From a virus (taxonomy: Duplodnaviria; Caudoviricetes): 64,000 nt of DNA. Made by a program: the position numbers and the translations under genes. The notes below the pieces were generated by a model. It did no database searches. It was not told the origin of the DNA and worked only from the letters and a program-made list of their open reading frames with translations. How positions within the stretch are numbered: position 1 is the stretch's first letter; each line of letters begins with the position of its first letter. Where the stretch lies: IMG/VR virus record IMGVR_UViG_3300037484_000435, positions 32,001 to 96,000 of that record; one strand, written 5' to 3'. Shown one piece after another: positions 32,295 through 39,494 of this stretch.

Positions 32295-32903
32295 TTGAAT
32301 ATTAAAAGAGAAGAAGCCTTATCCAGTTATTATAAAGACCCGTCGGTTTGCCAGCATTGTGGGCAAATTATAGGGGTTAAGGATAAGCAAAAAATAAATG
32401 AGGTCAAGAAGAAGAAGTTCTGCGATCGGTCTTGTGCGGCAAAATATAACAACTCTGCTTTTCCAAAGCGAAATCCTACTAAGGTAGTGCTTTGTAAAAA
32501 CTGTGGAAAAGAAGTTAAATTAACACCCCGTTCTAACTCAGTTGGTGGCTACATAAAGAGAGAATTTTGTAATGAGTGTAAACATCTAAACATAGGCAAA
32601 AGCGGGAAGTACTCAGACTTGGGTACGCTGACTAAGGGAGAACTGAAGGAGTTATTCCCAACATCGTGGAGATCACTAATAAGTTACAATGCTAGGTGTG
32701 TATATTTGCCCCGCGGGTTAGAAGAACCAAATTGTTATTTATGTGATTATGATAGTCACGTTGATGTTTGCCACATCAAGGCAGTTTCTAAATTTGGAGC
32801 ATCTGCTAAAATTGAGGAAATCAATTCCCCAGACAATCTAGTCTTTCTATGCCCGAACCATCATTGGGATATGGACCACGGCAAAGTCTGTGTTTTGAAA
32901 TAA
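32295..32903 (+). CDS. HNH homing endonuclease (family copy 4)
   Basis: YYKDPSVCQHCG..KKFCDRSC; CYLCDY..VDVCHIK...LCPNHHWDMD. Confidence 0.8.
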   Translation: MNIKREEALSSYYKDPSVCQHCGQIIGVKDKQKINEVKKKKFCDRSCAAKYNNSAFPKRNPTKVVLCKNCGKEVKLTPRSNSVGGYIKREFCNECKHLNIGKSGKYSDLGTLTKGELKELFPTSWRSLISYNARCVYLPRGLEEPNCYLCDYDSHVDVCHIKAVSKFGASAKIEEINSPDNLVFLCPNHHWDMDHGKVCVLK

Positions 32904-32979
32904 TTTAGCGTTGCACTCCTGTAAGTAATTCGTGAGAGAATATCTAGGGTGCTATTTGGCAACGCGGTAGCACCACTAC

Positions 32980-33089
32980 GGGACGGTAGTTGCTATGAAA
33001 GAACATCTCTTGATTAGGGAAGAAATTAGTTCTAGACAAAGAACATCTCTAAAGGAGAAGAAAGTGTGGTTTAATTCCCATACGTCCCA
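32980..33089 (+). ncRNA. tRNA-like element with expanded centre
   Basis: GGGACG/CGTCCC acceptor-like stem, T-like hairpin GTGTGG-TTTAATTC-CCATAC, centre contains AAGAACATCTCT twice. Confidence 0.4.
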
Positions 33090-33365
33090 CAAGTTACGTA
33101 CTCGGTTACGAACTGGCGGAAGGGCTAATTATTGCAGATCGCGAAATCTCTGTGTATTAATTAGTCTCTAGAGACAATGGCCAGCAAACCACCTCTAGCG
33201 TCTTGTCGGTACGACGTAAAACAATCCGAAGCGGTTACGGTGTTCACTGATAACTTGGTTTGGTCCCAGTTTCTATTCCACAAAAACTCGGGGGTTTACT
33301 GCTTAACCAAAAACAGCGGGGATTTCGGTTGTGTTTATCCAGAAAAACACACCGCGCAATAATAC

Positions 33366-33516
33366 TTACGTAGCGGTGAATGAAGGGTTACTTCAAAGTA
33401 AACAGTCCCGAAAGGGTGCAGGTATCGAATCCTGCCGTTCTGTAATAGGAACGTGGCGGAAGTGGTTTAAATAGACGCACTGTAGTATCAACCTTTCAAA
33501 TAGCTTCCCTATGTAA
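33366..33516 (+). ncRNA. repeat unit 10 with permuted Leu-type tRNA body
   Basis: TTACGTAG/CTATGTAA stem, GGTTACTTC, ACAGT/ACTGT anticodon-stem equivalent, V-arm CCC-GAAA-GGG, T-arm GCAGG/CCTGC, acceptor hairpin CGTTC/GAACG, Leu-like D-arm TGGCGGAA...TAGACGC. Confidence 0.75.
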
Positions 33517-33526
33517 CAAGAATCTT

Positions 33527-33624
33527 TTGTGGTGGCGGTGGTTAAGGATTTCTTCTAAAAGTGCCTTGGAAAAGCACAGGAGGTGTAAGAGATTTCCATA
33601 TGCCTTACCGAATTATCCCCACAA
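33527..33624 (+). ncRNA. structured repeat unit 11
   Basis: TTGTGG/CCACAA stem, TGGCGGTG, TAAGG/CCTTA inner stem, ATTTCTTC. Confidence 0.6.
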
Positions 33625-33632
33625 TACAGAAA

Positions 33633-33772
33633 TTTCATGGCGGCGTCAGTAATCGGTTACTTCCTCGTTTAAAGGTGTGGTCACAGGTTCGAGTCCTGTC
33701 GCGGTCCCAGCGGATCGTGTAGCTCAGTTGGCAGAGCACATTGTTACCGTTACACCCAGTTACCCCATGAAA
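33633..33772 (+). ncRNA. repeat unit 12 with permuted tRNA body
   Basis: TTTCATGG/CCATGAAA stem, GGTTACTTC, T-arm ACAGG-TTCGAGT-CCTGT, acceptor CGCGGTCC-CAGC-GGATCGTG, D-arm TAGCTCAGTTGGCAGAGC. Confidence 0.78.
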
Positions 33773-33952
33773 CAAATCAGACGGCGTTTAAAATCATCTC
33801 CTAGGGAAACCTAGGAACGCCGACCAGTTTGGGAAAAGGTTCGTGGCCAGAATACCATTGCAAGACAGGGACGAAGTGATGGGTAAGAAGCTGGAATGTT
33901 GGATATTAGAAAGAGTCCCCCAACATGCTTCACCTTTTCCTAATAAAAATAA

Positions 33953-34111
33953 ACTAGGCAGCGGCAGAGATGGATACTTCATAGGAACCGCCGTCCTGAA
34001 ATACGGACATGTAGGTGCAAGTCCTACCTGCTCCCCAACATCTATGGGAGCAGTGGTGAAATTAGTATACACAGCGGTAAGTAAGACACCTTCTCAAACT
34101 TTTCTCCTAGT
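33953..34111 (+). ncRNA. repeat unit 13 with permuted Leu-type tRNA body
   Basis: ACTAGG/CCTAGT stem, GATACTTC, CCGC/GCGG, V-arm GTCC/GGAC, T-arm GTAGG-TGCAAGT-CCTAC, acceptor CTGCTCCC/GGGAGCAG, D-arm TGGTGAAATTAGTATACAC. Confidence 0.78.
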
Positions 34112-34189
34112 AACAAGAAATCTGCGGAGACGTATTGCCTCTAAACCAAGGTAGGGAACGTTTGCTCCTAAGCCTTGGGCAGATAGAAA

Positions 34190-34340
34190 TATTGAGTGGC
34201 GATAGAAAGGATTTCTTCATCCAATCTTTCGGTCGTAGGTTCGAGTCCTACTGCTCCTTCGTTGTTTACAGCGTGGGGAGTGTAGCTCAGTTGGCAGAGC
34301 AAAAGACAATAATAGTGCCTTTCGATTTTTACCCTCAATA
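34190..34340 (+). ncRNA. repeat unit 14 with permuted tRNA body
   Basis: TATTGA/TCAATA and GAAAGG/CCTTTC stems, ATTTCTTC, TCTTT/AAAGA, T-arm GTAGG-TTCGAGT-CCTAC, extended acceptor hairpin, D-arm TAGCTCAGTTGGCAGAGC. Confidence 0.78.
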
Positions 34341-34579
34341 ACACTAGCGGGTCACTTCAGCCTGTTATCGACCCGCTCAACCAAAACATAATGGGCTCGC
34401 TCGGCCACAGAGCGATAGAATAGTGGCGATTTAGCTTTTATTTTTTTAGACAAATGGCTAGGACTAAATGGGCATACGCTACCGCTCCTGATTCTCGATG
34501 GAGGACATAAGGGTGCCATTGCGAGCTTTGACAAAAGCAAAGCCAAGAGGTAGTAGTTCTAGCCACAAGATAAATCAGT

Positions 34580-34654
34580 GATCCCATCGTCTAGAGGCCA
34601 GGATACATGGTTCTCAGCCATGAGACAGGAGTTCAAATCTCCTTGGGATTGCCA
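34580..34654 (+). tRNA. tRNA-Glu(CTC)
   Basis: CATGG-TTCTCAG-CCATG; G73-CCA. Confidence 0.92.
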
Positions 34655-34663
34655 AAAAAGATG

Positions 34664-34781
34664 AAGGCGTAGCGACCGAATGGGTTACATCAATGGTTAA
34701 TAAACAATCCTAATAAGACTGTTTTAAACGGTTCGAATCCGTGCTCGCAAGAGCTATACCTGTTCAATATATTCTCGCCTT
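34664..34781 (+). ncRNA. repeat unit 15 with T-arm and mini acceptor hairpin
   Basis: AAGGCG/CGCCTT stem, TAGCGACC, GGTTACATC, ACGG-TTCGAAT-CCGT, GCTC-GCAA-GAGC. Confidence 0.62.
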
Positions 34782-35096
34782 TTTAAATGAACCATTAGAA
34801 ATTGCCTCTGACCGTCCGAGCGTTTCGACGGGCCAACGGGATGACGAGGCAGAATTGTGGAATTACATCATTAGGCTACGACCTCACCGCCGGTCAGAAA
34901 TTCTATCTACACACCTAACCACGATATAGAATTACTGAACCAGCGGAGACGACAGCCGCCTAAAGATTCCATTTTGTAATGGTTACAACAAGAAAAATAG
35001 ATGCATTAAGGAGTGGGTTATAACTTTGTTATAACGATTCCCTCCCGCTCACTAACGAGCAGGTAAATATTTCCCCTTAAAAGGAGGCACAACATT

Positions 35097-36683
35097 ATGG
35101 CTAGATTCAACGTAACACCGGAAAATCCCCGTAAGACTGTCAATCATGAAGGAGCTTTGGCTTGGAGCATGACAGATGATATGCGTCTGTATGCGACCGC
35201 CGCCACCTCAACCCTGTCAGGCAAGTTCTATGAGCCCGCCAGCCCAACAGAACGTGTGAAGGGTCGAAGAGGTCGTAGCTATGGCTCTAGTGACTACGAC
35301 AAGAAAGCTGAGATGGAGAGGGTAAAGAAAATCATAGCGATGTGCGACAAATGTTCTCCAGACTTTGTTGCAAACCTCGCTGAGTACATTCGTTCAGATA
35401 TGTACCTGCGTAGCGTTCCTATGGTTATGCTTGTATCCTTGGCTCAACGCGGGGCCCTCAAGCGACAGAGTGTGTCTAGGGTCGTTCAGCGTCCGGACGA
35501 AATCACGGAGCTGCTCGCCATCTGGCAGGCAGTAAGTGGTAGGTCCGCATTGAAGAAAATGCCTAACGCCTTGAAGAAAGGTATTGGTGATTGCTTCAAT
35601 AAGTTCGACGCTTACGGCTTCAGGAAATATAACCGAGGCGGAAAAGGTGCTGTAACGTTCCTCGATGCAATGAGGCTTACGCACCCGTCTCCCAGGTCTG
35701 AAGAGCAGAACGCAACATTCCAAGCGATCAAGGATGGAACACTTCCTCCTATTGAAACTTGGGAAACCATGATTTCTGCGGCGGGCCCAGATGCGGACGC
35801 TAAAAGGAAAGCATGGGAACACCTGATCGATCAGGGTGCCAAGGGTCTTCCCTACATGGCTGCTCTGAGGAATATCAGGAACATCTTGCAGGCTGGCGTC
35901 AGCGGAGCACATATGCAGAAGCTGGTAGCCGAGTTGACGGACCCGAATCTGATTGCGAAAAGCAAGCAGTTCCCGTTCCGTTGGCACTCCGCCTACAAAA
36001 TGTTGCGTGAGGAGCTCCAGAAGATGGGTAGTCCTTATTTCAAGGCAGTCATGGACGCTTGTGAAAAGGCTATCGTGTCCTCAGTTGTGAACATTCCCGG
36101 TTTCGATGAGATTCAGGATAAGAGGTTCCTGATTGCATGCGACACTTCTGGGTCTATGCAGGACCTATTCTCCACGAACTCCACGGTAAAGCGTTACGAG
36201 ATCGCACTGACGTTGGGGCTTTTGCTTCAGCAGAAGTTAAATTTCGTTACGATTGGTGCTTTTGGAGAGACGTGGAAAGTGTATCCCCCTTCTCCTGTGG
36301 TCTTGTCTGCTGTTGGAACAACGGTAGGTAAGATTGGTGAAGTGGGTCACGCAACCAACGGATACAAAGTTATCAAGTGGGCAAGAGACACGAAGACAGT
36401 CTACGACTACATCGTGCTGTTCTCTGACTTGCAACTTTGGAATTCCCACAGCATGGGTAACAGCCCAGAGACCTTCAGCTCGGAATGGGAACAGTATAAA
36501 CGAGATGTCAACCGAGATGCTCGCTTGGTGCTCTTTGACCTCGCTGGCTACGGCACGACTCCCGTTGATGCTGTGCGTAAGGACGTCTTCCTGATTGCTG
36601 GCTTCTCTGAGAAGATATTCCAAGTTCTTCCAAAGCTGGCTGAAGGACAGAAGTTCTTGCAGCAGTTCCATCGTCCTGTTTAG
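35097..36683 (+). CDS. Ro60/Rsr ortholog (TROVE domain plus VWA)
   Basis: TVNHEGA, LAEYIRSDMYLRSVP, VQRPDEITELL, KGIGDCFNKFDAYGFRKY, LTHP, ETWE, LPYMAALRNIRNI, SKQFPFRW..AY, IACDTSGSM; AGGAGG RBS. Confidence 0.93.
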   Translation: MARFNVTPENPRKTVNHEGALAWSMTDDMRLYATAATSTLSGKFYEPASPTERVKGRRGRSYGSSDYDKKAEMERVKKIIAMCDKCSPDFVANLAEYIRSDMYLRSVPMVMLVSLAQRGALKRQSVSRVVQRPDEITELLAIWQAVSGRSALKKMPNALKKGIGDCFNKFDAYGFRKYNRGGKGAVTFLDAMRLTHPSPRSEEQNATFQAIKDGTLPPIETWETMISAAGPDADAKRKAWEHLIDQGAKGLPYMAALRNIRNILQAGVSGAHMQKLVAELTDPNLIAKSKQFPFRWHSAYKMLREELQKMGSPYFKAVMDACEKAIVSSVVNIPGFDEIQDKRFLIACDTSGSMQDLFSTNSTVKRYEIALTLGLLLQQKLNFVTIGAFGETWKVYPPSPVVLSAVGTTVGKIGEVGHATNGYKVIKWARDTKTVYDYIVLFSDLQLWNSHSMGNSPETFSSEWEQYKRDVNRDARLVLFDLAGYGTTPVDAVRKDVFLIAGFSEKIFQVLPKLAEGQKFLQQFHRPV

Positions 36684-36728
36684 TTCATAAACCTAGGTGG
36701 AGGACTACAAACTCCACCTCAACTCTAT

Positions 36729-36819
36729 GGTAGCCGTTGACGAATTGGTAGAGTCGCTGGGTTGTGGCCCCAGTGGGAAGTTCCTTCCCTTGAGAGTTCG
36801 AACCTCTCCGGTTACCCCA
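36729..36819 (+). tRNA. tRNA-His(GTG) with G-1 and 18-nt variable arm
   Basis: G-1:C73, CTGGG-TTGTGGC-CCCAG, V-arm GGGAA/TTCCC, CCA. Confidence 0.9.
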
Positions 36820-36828
36820 AACTTCTGC

Positions 36829-36915
36829 AGATGCGTGGCCTAGTATGGGGGGCAGCGGTCTCCAAAACCGTGTGACGAAAGTCCAATGCAGGTTCGAATC
36901 CTGTCGCATCTGCCA
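36829..36915 (+). tRNA. tRNA-Trp(CCA) with 16-nt variable arm
   Basis: AGATGCG/CGCATCT acceptor, G73-CCA, GCGGT-CTCCAAA-ACCGT, V-arm GAC-GAAA-GTC. Confidence 0.9.
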
Positions 36916-36988
36916 TAAAAAACCTATCGCATTTTTCTCTCCTCTCTCCGTTCCAAACAACCAAGATTTATTAATTATTCAATCATAG

Positions 36989-37777
36989 ATGTCAAACTAT
37001 GAAAATTACACGAAAAGGAAAAGTAGTATGTCAGATAATAAAGTAGTGAGTCTGTTAGACGCATTCACGTGGATTCTCACGCTGGTGGGATTCGGTAAAG
37101 GTATTGGTGCAGTGTTATCACAGATAGCCGCGACGACTGTCACAGAGGCCAAGACGGCAAGCGAAGCAGTGCTGAACGCCCTTGCAGCCGGTAAGGACGT
37201 TATCGCGGAAATGTGTTCCAACGACTTCAAAAGTTGGATTAACCTGTGTATGAGTGAGTTCATACAAGAGGCTCAATCAAAAGGTTGGACCGTACGAAAA
37301 ATTATGAGGGAGCTCAACAAGGTAGTTGGTAAGCAACACGCTCTTGATGGGAAACTCTTGGAGGCTCTGGTAATCATAGCACTAGCTCAGTTCCTAGGAA
37401 AAGAGAACCTAGTGTTCAGCACCCAAACTATCACTGGTTCTAGATTGGGTGGACACACGGATGTCGAGGTAGCTATCGGTGACGGTCGCTTCTTGCTTGA
37501 GCCCAAGTCCTTCTTGGGTGTCGACTGGAAGCGAGCTATAATCGAGCACGCCGTACAGAACGACAAGGGAGAGACTGTGCAGCAGCCGTTCTTCCTTATC
37601 ACCCCTTCAGTGAGCTTGAAGGCACAGTGGGTTGAGGAAATGAAAAACCTCAACTGCCAGCCTGTCTCGATCTCTCCTTCAGTAATTGACGGTGTAATAC
37701 ACCTAGACGCATTAGTAGCAGCTCTGAAGAAAGAGATAGACCGAGTTGCGGAACAAAAGAAGAACCTGACTGTCTAA
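36989..37777 (+). CDS. hypothetical protein, possible PD-(D/E)xK nuclease fold
   Basis: TDVEVAIGDGRFLLEPK resembles D...(D/E)xK spacing. Confidence 0.4.
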   Translation: MSNYENYTKRKSSMSDNKVVSLLDAFTWILTLVGFGKGIGAVLSQIAATTVTEAKTASEAVLNALAAGKDVIAEMCSNDFKSWINLCMSEFIQEAQSKGWTVRKIMRELNKVVGKQHALDGKLLEALVIIALAQFLGKENLVFSTQTITGSRLGGHTDVEVAIGDGRFLLEPKSFLGVDWKRAIIEHAVQNDKGETVQQPFFLITPSVSLKAQWVEEMKNLNCQPVSISPSVIDGVIHLDALVAALKKEIDRVAEQKKNLTV

Positions 37778-37810
37778 TAGGCAGTAACGTTCTTGGAGAG
37801 AGGAACTAAT

Positions 37811-37853
37811 AAGCAAGGCCGTTAGGGTACATATACCTACGGTCTTGCTTTTC
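37811..37853 (+). terminator. putative intrinsic terminator
   Basis: AAGCAAGGCCGT...CGGTCTTGCTT stem followed by T-rich tail. Confidence 0.6.
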
Positions 37854-37952
37854 ATTTCAATGAAAAGAAAGAGCCACGCACGGTAATCGAACTAAAAAAT
37901 TATAATTAACTTTGTGTCCTACATAGAACTTCAGCTCGTGTAGGAGGCAAAG

Positions 37953-38762
37953 ATGACAAGAAGTGAAGCAGGAAGGTTAGGTGGAATAATTACAGCCAAG
38001 AAATTACGACAACAGGCTATAGAAAAATATTATGCTGACCCTAATTATTGTAAAAACTGTGACAAAGTAATCGAAGTAGGAGAAAAAGAAAGCGTATCTC
38101 ACACAAGAGAAAAAAGGTTCTGTAACCACTCCTGCTCCGCACAATTTAATAACTTGGGTAGTTGTAAAAATCGTGATGGTAATAACGGAACTAGGACGCC
38201 ATCTTCCAAGAACACAGGAAAGTGGGTTAGCAAGAACGCGAAATCCTATGTGTGTAAATACTGTAATACGGAATTCGTTGTAGAAAGAGTAAAAAAGAAG
38301 ATAGCAAAAAGACAAATTTGTGATCGGTGCTCTCGGTTAAGGCTTTATGTGCCCAGTCGCGACGAGTCCGAGACTTTACAAGAGCTGATGGGTCGACTCG
38401 GTGTGGAAACTATGAGTGATCAAAGATTGCGTAGTGTGATAGTAACACATGCAAGACGGACATATAGACGAAACGACAAAAAATTTGTTTGCGAGATCTG
38501 TGGATACGATAAACATGCCAATGTTTGTCACATCCAACCTTGGACCAAATTCCCAAAAACTGCAAGCTTGGGAGAAATCAATAACATTGATAATCTTATT
38601 GCCCTCTGCCCTAATCACCATTGGGAATTTGATCACAACCTATTAGACGATACTGACAAGGCCCGTGTAGCTCAACGGACAAGAGCAACTCTTTTGTATG
38701 GAGAAGGCTGGGGGTTCAAATCCTCTCACGGGCTCCAACGCACCACTAGTTCAACTGGCTAG
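37953..38762 (+). CDS. HNH homing endonuclease (family copy 5); 3' end overlaps the tRNA-Thr genes
   Basis: YYADPNYCKNC..KRFCNHSC; CEICGY..ANVCHIQP...LCPNHHWEFD. Confidence 0.8.
   Translation: MTRSEAGRLGGIITAKKLRQQAIEKYYADPNYCKNCDKVIEVGEKESVSHTREKRFCNHSCSAQFNNLGSCKNRDGNNGTRTPSSKNTGKWVSKNAKSYVCKYCNTEFVVERVKKKIAKRQICDRCSRLRLYVPSRDESETLQELMGRLGVETMSDQRLRSVIVTHARRTYRRNDKKFVCEICGYDKHANVCHIQPWTKFPKTASLGEINNIDNLIALCPNHHWEFDHNLLDDTDKARVAQRTRATLLYGEGWGFKSSHGLQRTTSSTG
38661..38737 (+). tRNA. tRNA-Thr(TGT)
   Basis: GCCCGTG/CACGGGC acceptor, loop TTTGTAT, CCA. Confidence 0.85.
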
Positions 38763-38815
38763 AATACGACCCTCGTAAAGTTGAGATGGTTTGGGTTCAA
38801 GTCCCCCGTGGTGCT
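38740..38815 (+). tRNA. tRNA-Thr(CGT), imperfect stems
   Basis: GCACCAC/GTGGTGC acceptor, loop CTCGTAA; mismatches in anticodon and T stems. Confidence 0.7.
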
Positions 38816-39494
38816 CAAGAAAGGACAACATCTGTGGGATGGACAGTTGAAGAAAAAAAGTCAGACTTGGAAACGGTGTTAAATGTTTACAAGGACGGTA
38901 AGATAAAGGGCGTTATTGATGTCACCCTTTATGCCAACGGACCTTGCGTAAAGTACTTGACCGCAATAACCAGTGAAGATGGACCTGCCATGGTGCAGAT
39001 CGCCACACAATACCTCCAAGAACATTACGGTTATCCCTATGGGGTATTTGCTTATGTCTATGACTACAAGGAATATGAAAAGGATTGGTTAGAGAAAGCT
39101 GATTTCAAATTCTTCCGTAACATGGACGAAGGCAAAAGGCTAATGTTCAAATTGGAACCTCCCTTGGTAAACTAGGAAAACTATGTTATCACCAGAAATC
39201 ATCAAAGAAATATCAAAAATAGAAACACATGAGGATTGCAAAGAAGCTTGGGACCTGATTCGAATAAGGCTATCTAGAATAGTAGCCTCAGAGGCTCAAA
39301 ACTTTAGAGTCGGACAAAAAGTTTGGTTCATGTCTAAAAAGCTGGGCGGAAATCGTATTATGGGGACCGTAACAAGGATTAACAAAAAGTCTATCTCTGT
39401 AGAGACTACGTTGGGAAAATGGAATGTTGCCCCATCCCTTTTGAATCCTGTCGAAACTAAAAACAAGACGGCCTAACAAGAAAGGAAACACAAA

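Noticed and set aside
28851-34781. CRISPR-like repeat/spacer reading of the main array
   Set aside because: Conservation is structural and split across both sides of each insert, inserts range from about 16 to 230 nt, and many are tRNA-derived.
29359-34929. Short ORFs in the array region (e.g. 29359, 29967, 33177, 33843, 34135, 34741)
   Set aside because: No recognisable domains or RBS; they overlap tRNA-like and structured units and are probably spurious.
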